DNA of 64,000 bases from Polyangiales bacterium (GCA_038231275.1 JBBRLQ010000020.1:81685-145684); one strand, 5' to 3'; counted from the stretch's first letter, positions 39,653 through 49,685 are shown. The notes: generated from the letters alone by a model not told the origin. Program-made: numbers and translations.

Positions 39653-40447
39653 TCAGGGCGCTTGCCATTGGAGGGCGTAGGCCCCTTCGTGCGCGTGAAA
39701 TCCTCGGAAAATCGCGACGGTCGCGGCGTCGGAGGCGAGACCGTCGGCGCCGAGGTGAAAGCTCCCGTCGGCCGCGGCGCCGTTGCCCGCCAGCGTCGAG
39801 AAGTCGCTGACCGCGTCGAACCAACGCGCCGGCTCGACGCGCACCACGAGCGTGCCGCCGGGCTGCGTAGAGAAGAGGACGGGGATGTCGGTGACCTGGC
39901 GCAGCGCGAGGAGCGGCGACTCGCCGGGCGTCGCGGGGCTCGCGGGCGTGAGCCACGACGAATCGATCGGCAACGCCCCCGCGAAGGGCACCGTCGTCTC
40001 CGCGCGCGTCGCGGTGCCGGCCACTTCGAGGATCGGCGTCGCGTCGTCGCCGCCGTCGGGCAAGAGCCACACCTCGCCGGTCTGCGCGACCTCGGCGACG
40101 CCTTCTCCATCGACGCCGAAGGGAACGGGCGAAGGGGAGAGCGCGTCGACCGTCACCTGCGCGAGCACCTGCGCGATGTAGCGCCCGCTCGAGTAGCCGC
40201 CGGTGGAGCGGCTCTGCGAAATCGGCACCGCGTGGTTCACGTACACCGGTCCCACGCGAAGCCGCGCGCGCGTGAGCGTCACCGACCATCCACTCGGCGT
40301 CGTGAAGGTGTACGCGCCGCCGCTCGCGCCATCGGTCCCGCGCGCCACGGCGTGGAACGCGAACACCTGGCTGCCGGTCGATCCGGAGCAACCGATCCCG
40401 AGGGCGAGGCCGATCGCGAGCACGACGCCGATCGTGAGCCGCTTCAT
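39653..40447 (-). CDS. Lipoprotein co-transcribed with TonB-dependent receptor
   Basis: Lipobox GIGC; overlaps stop of receptor gene. Confidence 0.75.
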   Translation of the reverse strand: MKRLTIGVVLAIGLALGIGCSGSTGSQVFAFHAVARGTDGASGGAYTFTTPSGWSVTLTRARLRVGPVYVNHAVPISQSRSTGGYSSGRYIAQVLAQVTVDALSPSPVPFGVDGEGVAEVAQTGEVWLLPDGGDDATPILEVAGTATRAETTVPFAGALPIDSSWLTPASPATPGESPLLALRQVTDIPVLFSTQPGGTLVVRVEPARWFDAVSDFSTLAGNGAAADGSFHLGADGLASDAATVAIFRGFHAHEGAYALQWQAP

Positions 40448-42975
40448 CCGCCCACCTCCGGAAAGAAGATCGTGAGCGTCAGCATGAACGTGCGCGGCGC
40501 CCCCGCCGTGAAGTGCCGCGCGGCGACGAGCGTCGGGTACGGCTGGCTGTGGAAGTCCGACACGTAGTTGAACTCGCCGAGCCGGTAGCGCCGATCGAGG
40601 AGGTTCTGCGACGAGAGGCCGATCTGGTAGCGCGTCCAGCGCGCCGACGCGCCGACGTCGACGGTGAAGATCGTGTCGCTTCGTTGCCCATACGGCAGCG
40701 CGCGGCGCCCGACGTAGCCGAGGCCCGCCGACAGCGTCCCGCGCACGTCCCGCCCTGCGATCGAGAAGAGATCGCCCGACACCGCGGTTTCGCTACGCAG
40801 AACGAGATCCGGCACGTACGGCAAGAGGAGCCCGGTGTCGTCGTATTTGGCCTTCACGGCGGTGACGTTGATCGCCTGATCGATCCACGAGCCGGTGAGC
40901 CTCCCCTCGCCCATCCACCCAGTGCGCGACGTGCCGCCCGCGAGCACGTTGCGCCCCGAGGTCTCGCTGAAGACGAGGTCCTTGTCGACGTGCGTGCCGA
41001 AGAAGACGCTGCGCGCGCCGAGGCGCATGTCGCGGAACGTGCCGGCGTACACGATGCCGCCCTCCGCGGCGTCGACGCGCGCGAACGGGGTCTTCGTGTC
41101 CTGCGTGACGTACACGGGATCGACGGTGCGCGCGCCCATGCCGTAGCTCGCGGCGAGCGTCAGGCCGGAGAATGGACCGAGGAGCACCGTCGCGCGCGGC
41201 TGCGCGAGGACGCTCGACGTGCTGCTGCGCGTGTTGGGCTCGCGGTAGCCGCTGCGGTCGAGCGACTGGCACGGCTGATCGACGACCGCGCCGCGAGCGT
41301 CGGGAGGCGCCGCGCAGTGATTGTTCACGTCGTACGTGAAGAGATCCCCGCGCACGCCGCCGCGCACCGTGATCCAGTCGATCCCGGGCTTGACGCTCGC
41401 GTCGGCGAACATGCCAACGTTGGTCATGACCGCCGACGAGTCGAGCTCCTTCGTGTACGGAACGAGCGTGCCGAACCGATCGCGCTGCTGCGTGCCGGTG
41501 ACGTCGTCCACGCGCGCGAGGTAGCCGAGCTCGAGCTCCTGCGGCACACCGAACAAGTCCGCCTTCGTCCGCGCCGAGCCGCGCGCGCCGATCGTGTTCA
41601 TCGTCGTGTCGAGATCGATGAGATCGCCGCGCGGATCGTGCGGGCTCTGGAATGCGCCCTGCGTATCGAGCAAGAACCCCGTAAAATTCTCGCGCAGGCG
41701 CATCGTGCGGTGCGTGACGAAGACCTGCTGCGCGAGCGTCGTCTGCCCGGTGCGCGACGCGACGTCGAACGCGATCGACGCGCGCGAGGCGTCGCCTCCT
41801 TGCGTGGCGTCGTACGTGTCGTAGAAACCGGCGCGACCGACCTGCTCGTCGTCGGCGCGCAAGACGCCCGCCGAGCCGTAGTGCGTCGCGTACGCGGTGC
41901 CGAGGAGGCGAAACGTCGTCTTCGGCCCGAGCTTCCCCTCGTACTGCGCCATCGCCGTGCCGCGCTGGGCGCGACGGTTCTGCCCGAAGCCGTCGGTCTT
42001 GTAGATCTCGGCGCCGCCGAAGGTGTGCGTGCTCTCTTTGGGCGGCCCCCACAAGAGGAGCGCGCGGTGCGTGCCGAACGATCCGAACCCGTACTGCGCC
42101 GTGAGCCCGCGCTCCGCGAGGCCCAACGTGTACGCGGCGCTGCCCGCGACGGCGAAGTTCCCTTGGCGCGGATCGTACGGTCCTTCGGTGACGCGCAAAG
42201 ACTCGACGAGCTCCGGCAAGATGAAGTGCGTGTCGGCGTAGCCGCTCCCGTGCGGGTTGCCGACGTCGTTGATCGGCATGCCGTTGAGCGAGAACTCGAT
42301 GTCCTGCCCCTCGCGCGCGTCGAAGCCGCGGAGGAAGACCTGCTCAGCGTGCCCTTCGCCGCCTTCGTTCGAGAGGAACACGCCGGGCGCGAGCTTCAAG
42401 AGCTCCTGCGCGTTCTTGCGCGGGACGGCGCGGAGCTGGCCGATCTGGATGTCGATGTCGCTCGCGCCGTGGCTCGCCGGGCGCGAGACGCCGGAGACGG
42501 TGACCTCGTCGGGCGCCGCGTCCTCGATGCCGGGCGTGCCCCCTTCGGCGCCGGTGGCGGGCTTCTTCTTCGGCCGCTTCTCGGCCACGTGCACGTCTCC
42601 ATGCGCGTGCGGTGGTGCGCCGGCGACCGCGGGCGGCGAGAAGTGAAACGGAATGTGCACGCGCGCGCGGACCGCGACGCCGTCACGCAGCGCCGGGCGA
42701 AACACCCACTGCTTGGCCGCTTCGAGCGCCGCTTCGTCGAAGCCGTGACCGACCGGCTCGGTGATGGTCGCCTCGAGCACCTTCCCGGTCTTGTCGATCA
42801 CGACCGTGACGATCACCGTCGTGTCGAGCTCCTCCCCCGCCGGATACATCGCGTCGACGTGCGAGATCGGATCGGGCGCCGTCACGTGCGCGGGCTGCGC
42901 GAGCGCGATCGGCGACGTGGCCAGCACGGCGAGCGCGGCGACAGAGAAGGTGCAGGCGCGGGCGCGGCGGCGCAT
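40444..42975 (-). CDS. TonB C-terminal domain fused to TonB-dependent outer-membrane receptor
   Basis: GHGFDEAALEAAKQWVFRPA (TonB_C); plug FLRGFDA...GPYDPRQGNFAVAG; C-terminal GAPRTFMLTL. Confidence 0.88.
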   Translation of the reverse strand: MRRRARACTFSVAALAVLATSPIALAQPAHVTAPDPISHVDAMYPAGEELDTTVIVTVVIDKTGKVLEATITEPVGHGFDEAALEAAKQWVFRPALRDGVAVRARVHIPFHFSPPAVAGAPPHAHGDVHVAEKRPKKKPATGAEGGTPGIEDAAPDEVTVSGVSRPASHGASDIDIQIGQLRAVPRKNAQELLKLAPGVFLSNEGGEGHAEQVFLRGFDAREGQDIEFSLNGMPINDVGNPHGSGYADTHFILPELVESLRVTEGPYDPRQGNFAVAGSAAYTLGLAERGLTAQYGFGSFGTHRALLLWGPPKESTHTFGGAEIYKTDGFGQNRRAQRGTAMAQYEGKLGPKTTFRLLGTAYATHYGSAGVLRADDEQVGRAGFYDTYDATQGGDASRASIAFDVASRTGQTTLAQQVFVTHRTMRLRENFTGFLLDTQGAFQSPHDPRGDLIDLDTTMNTIGARGSARTKADLFGVPQELELGYLARVDDVTGTQQRDRFGTLVPYTKELDSSAVMTNVGMFADASVKPGIDWITVRGGVRGDLFTYDVNNHCAAPPDARGAVVDQPCQSLDRSGYREPNTRSSTSSVLAQPRATVLLGPFSGLTLAASYGMGARTVDPVYVTQDTKTPFARVDAAEGGIVYAGTFRDMRLGARSVFFGTHVDKDLVFSETSGRNVLAGGTSRTGWMGEGRLTGSWIDQAINVTAVKAKYDDTGLLLPYVPDLVLRSETAVSGDLFSIAGRDVRGTLSAGLGYVGRRALPYGQRSDTIFTVDVGASARWTRYQIGLSSQNLLDRRYRLGEFNYVSDFHSQPYPTLVAARHFTAGAPRTFMLTLTIFFPEVGG

Positions 42976-42980
42976 TTTTC

Positions 42981-43010
42981 TTAGGTACAACTAAGTATTA
43001 CCGTCGTCAA
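42981..43010 (-). promoter_or_regulatory. Sigma70-like promoter with overlapping DtxR/MntR-like palindrome
   Basis: TTGACG-N17-TACCTA on minus strand; TTAG-GTACAA-CTAA at 42981-42994. Confidence 0.6.
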
Positions 43011-43096
43011 CCCCTCGCGCGGGGGCCGGTGGGGCGTTCCGCTACGAAAGGTAAAGGACCTCGCGCACGCGCTTTCGAGCGGCGTATCGTACGTGC

Positions 43097-43441
43097 GTGT
43101 CGAAGGTCGCCTTGCTCCTCCTTCCCCTTCTCGCCGCGTGCGCCACCGTGCAGGTGACCGGACCGGAGCCCGAAGACTCTGGCCTCAGCGGTCCGTGCAG
43201 CTCCGAGACGCTGGTGCTCTGCGAAGCGGGCGCGGCCGGCGCGCCAGGCTGCGCGTCGGATCCCGACGCGGGCCATTACCAGGGGCTCATCCCGGGGAGC
43301 CGAAGCTACCCGGCTGGATGCGTCGTCAATTTTCCCGACCCGCGCCCACTCCAGCAGACCGGCGAGTGCGCGCTGGCCGCGCAGTGCACGTGCACCGATC
43401 CGTCACGCGCCTCGGGCACGCAGTGGACGTGCGTGCGCTGA
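43097..43441 (+). CDS. Small Cys-rich lipoprotein
   Basis: Lipobox LAAC; eight further Cys. Confidence 0.65.
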   Translation: MSKVALLLLPLLAACATVQVTGPEPEDSGLSGPCSSETLVLCEAGAAGAPGCASDPDAGHYQGLIPGSRSYPAGCVVNFPDPRPLQQTGECALAAQCTCTDPSRASGTQWTCVR

Positions 43442-43522
43442 CGTCGGCCGCCGCGTTGGCTCTGCGATGACGAACCCGGCCGGCCACCCGATTCGCCCGT
43501 CGCCAGCCTCCCTCACCCGCCC

Positions 43523-43891
43523 TCACCCCATGGCGTAGAAGAACTCCTCGCGCACGATCTTGTCGTTCTCGACGGTGAAGAGCGCGGCCTCCTCCATCTG
43601 GAAGCGGCGGCTGCTCGGCTTGTTCGTCACGTCGTAGGAGAAGCGCACGATGAACTTGTTGCCGTGCGGCCACGGGCCATCGACCTTCGCGCTGTGAATC
43701 TCGTGCTCGCTCATCCACTGCTTGCCCTTCTCGGCCACGCCCTTGAGTCCGCGTGTCTCTGCCGACTTGCCGGGAGGCGCGCCGGCTTCCACGCTGACGA
43801 CGTCCGGCGAGAACAAGGTCTCAAGTGCGACGTGGTTTTGGTGGGTCTGGCACAGCTCGACGTACTTCTTCGCGATCTCGATCGTGGTCAT
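43523..43891 (-). CDS. SnoaL-like/NTF2-fold protein
   Basis: GGAGG RBS; LFSPDVVSVEA, EEAALFTVENDKIVREEFFY. Confidence 0.85.
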   Translation of the reverse strand: MTTIEIAKKYVELCQTHQNHVALETLFSPDVVSVEAGAPPGKSAETRGLKGVAEKGKQWMSEHEIHSAKVDGPWPHGNKFIVRFSYDVTNKPSSRRFQMEEAALFTVENDKIVREEFFYAMG

Positions 43892-44045
43892 GAGAGGCCT
43901 CCTTGGCTTGAACCGGCTCAACCTGGCCGTGCGGCCTTCGAACGTCAACCCACCGGGAGGACCGGCGCGTACGCATCCTGACAGGCGTGTGTCAGCGTAT
44001 CGCCCGCGCACCTCTGGGTTTCGGCCCGTGGTAGAACCGCTCGCC

Positions 44046-44336
44046 ATGAACGATCTCACCGGCCGACGCGCGTTCGTCGCCACCTCGCTCGTTACCGGCT
44101 TCGCGCTCGCCGTGACGCCGATCAGCGCGGACGGCGCGGACTCGGGCATCCCGGCCGCGCACGTCGACATGATGAAGGCGGAGCTCGCGGCGGCGAACAA
44201 TCCGTCCGAGATCGTCCTCTATCCGGACACGCCGCACGGGTTCAACGCCGATTATCGGCCGTCGTACCGCAAGGCCGCGGCCGACGACGCGTGGAAGCGC
44301 ATGCGCGACTGGTTCGCGAAGAACGGCGCAACGTGA
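44046..44336 (+). pseudogene. Dienelactone hydrolase family gene with large in-frame internal deletion
   Basis: Tat-like leader RRAFVATSLVTGFALAVTPISA joined directly to C-terminal GADSGIP...YPDTPHGFNADYRPSYR; only 96 aa. Confidence 0.75.
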
Positions 44337-44971
44337 TCGAAGCGGGCGCGCTCCTCTTCGACATGGACGGCCTCATGGTCGACAGCGAGCCGCTGTGGTT
44401 CGAGGTCGAGAAGGACTTCGCGCGCGCGCGCGGCGGCGACTGGACCGACGCGCTCGGCGACGCGTGCGTCGGCAAGGGGCTCCTCAACACGATCCGCGTG
44501 ATGGGCGAGGTGTTCCACTTCGAGGTCCACGAGACGGCGATGCTCGACGAGATCATCGACGCGTTCATCGCGCGCGCCGCCGAGCTGCGCCTCAAGCCCG
44601 GGTGTGCAGAGCTGCTCGACGCGATGCACGGGCGCGTGCCCGCCGCATGCGCGTCGTCGTCGCACAAGCGCCTCGTCGAGAAGGTCCTCACGCAGACGGG
44701 CATCGCGCGCTACTTCGACGCGGTAGTCACCGGCGACGCGGTCGCGAATCCGAAGCCCGCGCCCGATGTCTTCCTCGCCGCGGCCGCCCGGCTCGGCGTC
44801 GTTCCCGCGCGCTGCGTCGTGCTCGAGGACTCGATGGCCGGCGTCACCGCGGGCCGCGCCGCTGGGATGCGCGTCATCGCAGTGCCCGAGCACGATCCCG
44901 CAGCGTTCGTCGCGATGGCGGACGTCGTCGTGAAGGATCTCTTCGAGGCGCGCGCGCAGCTCGGGCTCTGA
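44333..44971 (+). CDS. HAD family phosphatase (beta-PGM/YniC-like)
   Basis: FDMDGLMVDSE, ASSS, KPAPD, LEDS; GTGA overlap. Confidence 0.9.
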   Translation: MIEAGALLFDMDGLMVDSEPLWFEVEKDFARARGGDWTDALGDACVGKGLLNTIRVMGEVFHFEVHETAMLDEIIDAFIARAAELRLKPGCAELLDAMHGRVPAACASSSHKRLVEKVLTQTGIARYFDAVVTGDAVANPKPAPDVFLAAAARLGVVPARCVVLEDSMAGVTAGRAAGMRVIAVPEHDPAAFVAMADVVVKDLFEARAQLGL

Positions 44972-45011
44972 GTGGAGCGAAGCGCAGCGGAGCGAAACGA
45001 CTCCTGACGGA
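44970..45011. repeat. REP-like intergenic repeat, copy 2 (inverted)
   Basis: Reverse complement equals copy 1 with one extra T. Confidence 0.75.
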
Positions 45012-45059
45012 GAGGCGTGACCGGCTTTTCCGGTCACGCCTTGAACGCCGCGCCGGGCG

Positions 45060-45779
45060 TCACTTCGTGCAGAGGCGAATGTGGCCGCCCGGCACCCGAT
45101 AGTCCGGCACCGCGACCTCGGCGCACGTGAGGCCGGTCTGGCAGAGAAACAGGTTGTCGCAGAGCTCCCCTTCCTTGCTCAGATAGGGGACGGGCTCCGT
45201 CGGCCCCGGATCGCCACTGACGAACCAAAGGTCCGAGCCGCTGAAGGTGTGGAACCGCCGCGGGCTGACCTCGAAGTCGATCCGCACGTCGAGGATGTTC
45301 TCGTTCATGTGGAGGTACACGCCGCGAACGCTCGACGGCGTGGTGTCGGTCCCCGAAACCAGGCCACCAACACTCGCCGAGTAGAACGTGTAGGTGCCGA
45401 AACCCTTGCCGGTGAGGTCCCGCGCGAAGCCGCCATTGCCGTCGGGGTTCAAACCGAACCAGTGGCCGTCTTCGAGAAATTCGATGCCCTCGTGCGCCGT
45501 GAATGCGAACGGGGACTCCTTGAAAAAATTGCACGTGAACCACTGGCCAACGAGCGCGCGAGAGAAGGCGGCCGCCGTCTCCGGCTGCTCCGCTTGCCCG
45601 TGGCCGCCCCCGCACCGTGCGGCGACGTCGACAGGCCCACCGGGACCTCCGCCCGACGCGCCGCTCGACGCGCCACCGGATGATCCGGACGCCCCTCCGC
45701 TGCTCGTGCCCGCTTTGCCGCCGCACCCCCACACGACCACGACCACCGCCGCGACGGAGACCAGCGCCCCGGGCCGCAC
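45060..45779 (-). CDS. Lipoprotein, unknown function
   Basis: Lipobox VWGC, SSGG linker, C-terminal Cys cluster. Confidence 0.7.
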   Translation of the reverse strand: MRPGALVSVAAVVVVVWGCGGKAGTSSGGASGSSGGASSGASGGGPGGPVDVAARCGGGHGQAEQPETAAAFSRALVGQWFTCNFFKESPFAFTAHEGIEFLEDGHWFGLNPDGNGGFARDLTGKGFGTYTFYSASVGGLVSGTDTTPSSVRGVYLHMNENILDVRIDFEVSPRRFHTFSGSDLWFVSGDPGPTEPVPYLSKEGELCDNLFLCQTGLTCAEVAVPDYRVPGGHIRLCTK

Positions 45780-45783
45780 GGAC

Positions 45784-47928
45784 CTACGCCGGCCCCTTCA
45801 CCGTGCAGAAGCCGCCGATGCAGCGCGTGCCCAGGGCAGCGTCGCAGCAGTCGCCGTCGCCCGTGCATTTCTCCGATGTCTGCGAGCAGCCCGCTTGCGG
45901 CGGCTGGCACACCTTCGGCGATTTGGGATCGTTCGGATCCTGCGGGCGGCAGAAGCCGTTGCAGCACTCGTCGCCGGTGTCGCACGTCGCGCCGTTCGCG
46001 CGGCACGGCTCGAGCGCCCACGCGCCGCGCTCGTTCTTCGTGTCGGACTGGTTCGGCAGGTAGAACGGCGGGTGGCTGGGATCGACGCCGGCGCCCGCGG
46101 TCGTCGAGATCGCGGCGACCCACAGCTGCTTCCGCGCGTTCGCGCCCTGGTAGACGTTGCCGTACTCGCGGATGCTCGTGAACACGATCCAGAAATAACC
46201 GCCGGCGGTCACCGGGAGCGGGAACGGCTCGTAGTTGCGCTCGGCGTCGATCGCCGCGTTGCCCGCGTTGAGGATCGCGAGCGGAAGGTGCTCCTTCGTC
46301 CCCGCCTTGATCATCGAGAGGTGCCCGGTCGACGTGTCGAAGCTGCTGTTGGGTCCCCAGGTCGGCAGCATCATGTCGTAGCTCGTGAGGTAGTTGTTCC
46401 CCTCTTGCAGGACGATGAAGTTCGGGTCGGGCAAGAAGTTCACGAACTTGGTGACGAGGCCACTCGCGCCGTTGTCGAGGAGGTTGACGCGGTTCGAGAA
46501 CGTGAGCGTGTTGGTCGCGGCATTCACGTTCAGGTCCATGACGCTGATCGAGCGGCTCGGGGTGCCGAACGCCGGCGTCTCACCGGGGCCGTTGGTGAAC
46601 GCGTAGTGCTTGCTGTCGGAAGAGATCGACGGAACGAGCGCCGCGACGTTCGCGCCGAGGCCGACCACTGTGGCCGGGGTGAGCGTCTTGTTCACGTCGT
46701 CGATCTTCCACGCTTGCTGGTTCACGCCGCCCCAGAAGTTGTTCTGGCTGCGCATGACGTACTGCCCGTCGGGCGTGAAGTTGCCGAAGGAGAGGCCGCG
46801 CGAATCGCCGCCCAGCCCTGCCGGCGAACCGGTGATCTGGGTCGCCGAGCCGTTCGCGCCGACGTTGTACACGCCGGCCTGCGCCGCGAAGGTGGCGTCG
46901 TCGGCGCCCGTCGACAGGCGCGTTCCGTTCGCCGAGACCGAGTGGCACACGACGCAGCCGGGAATGAGGAGCTGCGCGGGCTGACGGACGCCGGGCTTCA
47001 CCGAGTAGAGGCCATTTTGCGGCGTTTGGTACGTCATGTAGTAGACGGAGCCCTTGAGCGACGCGGGCGCGACGATGATCGACGTCTTCGCCGGACCGTA
47101 CGCCTGCCCGGCCGCGGCCTTCGTCACCGCGACCTCGAGCTTCGTGCCGCCCGCGGTCTGCATCGCGCCGTCCCAGATGTCCTGCGGGATGCTGAACTGC
47201 GGGGTCCCTGCAGTCTGCACGTGAATCAGACCTTCCCAGCTGAAGTGCGGCGCCGTCATCGCGATCTTCGCGTCCTCGGGCGGCACGCTGCCGGGGCTGA
47301 ACTGGAGGAGCGGCGCCGTGAGGCCGCGCGGCATGACGGTCTGATCGTACGGGTAGAGGATCTTCGTCACGTTGGCGCCGCCCGGATCGGGCTGCGGAGG
47401 ACCGCCGAGCGCGCCGGTGTTTCCGCCCGACGGGCCCGGATCGCCCGGCCCTTGGAGCACGGTCTCGGCGAGCTTCACGTCGACGACGAGCTTGGCCGTT
47501 GCCTTGAGCGAGCCCCACGTCACCGTGACCGCGACGTTCCCGCCGACGATGCCGGTCGTCGTGAAGGCGCCGCCGTTCGTGATGTCACCCTGCGCGTACG
47601 TGTCGAGCGACCAGGTCACTTGGCTCGTCAGCGGCGCGCCGTCGAGCGTGGCCGCGAACGCCTGCTTCACCGGGGTCTTCTTGTCGATGATGATGACGTT
47701 CGCGGTCGTGGGGGTGACCGCGAGGACGTGACCTCCGATGCCACCGTCCCCGAGGAGCAAGCCACCGTCATCCCCGGAGCCGCCGCTGCTCCCGTCACCG
47801 CCGCCGTCACCGTTGCCGTCGTTGAACCCAGAGGGAGGGCTGGTGCTCCCGCATGCCTGCAGGGCCGCGACGAGCAACGCGAGGAGAACGACGAAGAACC
47901 AAGAAGCGCGCGCCGGCCGTCCGCTCAT
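45784..47928 (-). CDS. Myxobacterial lipoprotein with Ig-like and TolB-like beta-propeller regions and Cys-rich tail
   Basis: Lipobox LQAC; CVVCHSVS; WIVFTSIREYGN, QLWVAAI, DPSHPPFYLPNQ; C-x-CC repeats. Confidence 0.75.
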   Translation of the reverse strand: MSGRPARASWFFVVLLALLVAALQACGSTSPPSGFNDGNGDGGGDGSSGGSGDDGGLLLGDGGIGGHVLAVTPTTANVIIIDKKTPVKQAFAATLDGAPLTSQVTWSLDTYAQGDITNGGAFTTTGIVGGNVAVTVTWGSLKATAKLVVDVKLAETVLQGPGDPGPSGGNTGALGGPPQPDPGGANVTKILYPYDQTVMPRGLTAPLLQFSPGSVPPEDAKIAMTAPHFSWEGLIHVQTAGTPQFSIPQDIWDGAMQTAGGTKLEVAVTKAAAGQAYGPAKTSIIVAPASLKGSVYYMTYQTPQNGLYSVKPGVRQPAQLLIPGCVVCHSVSANGTRLSTGADDATFAAQAGVYNVGANGSATQITGSPAGLGGDSRGLSFGNFTPDGQYVMRSQNNFWGGVNQQAWKIDDVNKTLTPATVVGLGANVAALVPSISSDSKHYAFTNGPGETPAFGTPSRSISVMDLNVNAATNTLTFSNRVNLLDNGASGLVTKFVNFLPDPNFIVLQEGNNYLTSYDMMLPTWGPNSSFDTSTGHLSMIKAGTKEHLPLAILNAGNAAIDAERNYEPFPLPVTAGGYFWIVFTSIREYGNVYQGANARKQLWVAAISTTAGAGVDPSHPPFYLPNQSDTKNERGAWALEPCRANGATCDTGDECCNGFCRPQDPNDPKSPKVCQPPQAGCSQTSEKCTGDGDCCDAALGTRCIGGFCTVKGPA

Positions 47929-47961
47929 GTGCCGAAAATAGCACGCGCGGCGGCGGTGGGC

Positions 47962-48702
47962 TTACCCGTTCAGGGCAAAGCGCGCGATCGTCGCGACGTC
48001 GACGATGACTCCGCGCGTCGAGAGGAACGCGGCGTAGCGGTCGGCGATGTAGGCAAGCGCGTTCTCGTCGGCGCTCCGGAAGGCGTCGCCGTTCACCGGA
48101 TCGACGAGCTCGAGGACGCCCATCCAGCGGGGGCCGATCGACACCGGCGCGGCCATGACGGCGCTCATGTGACCGAGCTCGGCGAACCGAGCGATGCCGG
48201 AGACCGACACATTTCGGAGGTTCGTCCACGAAAACGGCCGCCCACCCGGCATGAGCAGGCGAATTAGGGGGTCGCGCGCGTCCTGGCGGGACAGGATCAT
48301 GCTGTCTTTCGCCTCTCCTTTCGCCGTCGCGACGACGAAGCTGCGTTTGGACGAGTCGTACAGATGAACGAGCGCCGAGCGCGTCGGGATGGTCTTCGCC
48401 AGCACGTCCAGCACGTACTCGGCCCCCTCGAGCGCGTCGCCGAGCAGCTCGAGATCGTGGATCCGATCGAACAGAACCGGGATGAGATCCTGCGTCGGCA
48501 CACGCTGCGACATCGGCGGTGGAGTGCTCTTCGGGCGCGCGGCGGGGCGCGGGACGTTTGGCTTGGCCTCTTCGACCAGCGCGAAGTCCGCGTCCGAGAG
48601 GCTCTCGATGCGCGGACGCGGCGGCGGGGGCGTCGGTACCGCGCACGGACCGGGACGAGGGATTGAGCCGGGACGCACAGTGGAGGCCGAAGCGTTGCTC
48701 AT
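47962..48702 (-). CDS. GAF domain protein
   Basis: AVMAAPV...MGVLELVD...FRSADENALAYIA. Confidence 0.75.
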   Translation of the reverse strand: MSNASASTVRPGSIPRPGPCAVPTPPPPRPRIESLSDADFALVEEAKPNVPRPAARPKSTPPPMSQRVPTQDLIPVLFDRIHDLELLGDALEGAEYVLDVLAKTIPTRSALVHLYDSSKRSFVVATAKGEAKDSMILSRQDARDPLIRLLMPGGRPFSWTNLRNVSVSGIARFAELGHMSAVMAAPVSIGPRWMGVLELVDPVNGDAFRSADENALAYIADRYAAFLSTRGVIVDVATIARFALNG

Positions 48703-48846
48703 GCCCGGGGAGAAGAGCAAGACGCGTTCCTCACGTTTTACGCGGAAAAATTCGGCAGTTCATGAGATTCGCGACGGCAACATTCTGCCGCTTGCCCGAG
48801 GATCGGCAGACTCTTGCCTGCCGTCGGTCGGGAGAACGGGCCAACG

Positions 48847-49560
48847 TCACCCCAAGAAGCCGAAGACCAGGTTCAGGGTGAGCGCCACGATCGCCGTGTT
48901 GTAGAGGAAGCTCAGGATTGAGTGGACGAGGACGTCCCGCCGAACGATCCGGTTGGTGACGCTGACGTCGGACGTCTGGAAGCACATGCCGATGACGAAA
49001 GCGAAGTACGCAAAGTCGCTGTCGCACGGAGCCTCGTCGCCCGGAAACACGAGGCCCCCTTCTCCGCCGTCCCCGTCCCCCTCGTCGCGGTAATAGAGGT
49101 GCGCGTAGCGGAAGGTGTACGCGGTGTGGGTGACCGCCCATGACGCGGCGACGGCGAGGAAGCACATCCCGACGAGGAGATCGGCCATGCCGCCGGTGAG
49201 CGTCTTTGCGTGGCGCATGGCGAACGTCGCGGCGAAGAGGCTCACCGCCGCCGTGAGGACCACGGTGGCCATCACGAACGTGCGACCCGGATCCTCCGAG
49301 CCCGCGCGGCGTCGTGTCTCTTTCGGATCTGCGGTCGCGATGATTGTCCACGACAGCGAGAGGAGGACGAGCGCCCCTACGTCCCAGCCGCCGACGAAGC
49401 GTCCGGCCCAGCTCAGGTCTTTGGGCATCCCCAGCATCGCGCCGACACCGAAGATGACGGCCAGAACCAGCCTCCCTCGGGCCGATCGCGGGTCGTACCA
49501 AGGAAACGCGAGCGACGCGTCGTCGCCCGCACCCGTCGGTTTCGAGGAGGCCTCGGTCAT
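48847..49560 (-). CDS. DUF1345-like membrane protein
   Basis: HTAYTFRYAHLYY, FPG, DFAYFAFVIGMCFQTSDV, HSILSFLYNT. Confidence 0.85.
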   Translation of the reverse strand: MTEASSKPTGAGDDASLAFPWYDPRSARGRLVLAVIFGVGAMLGMPKDLSWAGRFVGGWDVGALVLLSLSWTIIATADPKETRRRAGSEDPGRTFVMATVVLTAAVSLFAATFAMRHAKTLTGGMADLLVGMCFLAVAASWAVTHTAYTFRYAHLYYRDEGDGDGGEGGLVFPGDEAPCDSDFAYFAFVIGMCFQTSDVSVTNRIVRRDVLVHSILSFLYNTAIVALTLNLVFGFLG

Positions 49561-49612
49561 GCCGCGCACTTCTCCTCGACCCCGTGAACGTGGAAGGGGA
49601 ATGAAAGGGGGG

Positions 49613-49685
49613 TGGAGCCGAGGGGGATCGAACCCCTGACCTCATCCATGCCATGGATGCGCTCTCCCAGCTGAGCTACGGCCCC
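49613..49685 (-). tRNA. tRNA-Ala(GGC)
   Basis: GGGGCCGTAGCTCAGCTGGGAGAGCG...GGC anticodon...GGTTCGATCC...CGGCTCCA; G3:U70 pair; CCA not encoded. Confidence 0.97.

Noticed and set aside
49613..49685. tRNA-Ala as integration site of a genomic island
   Set aside because: No integrase and no duplicated tRNA 3' end noticed in the window
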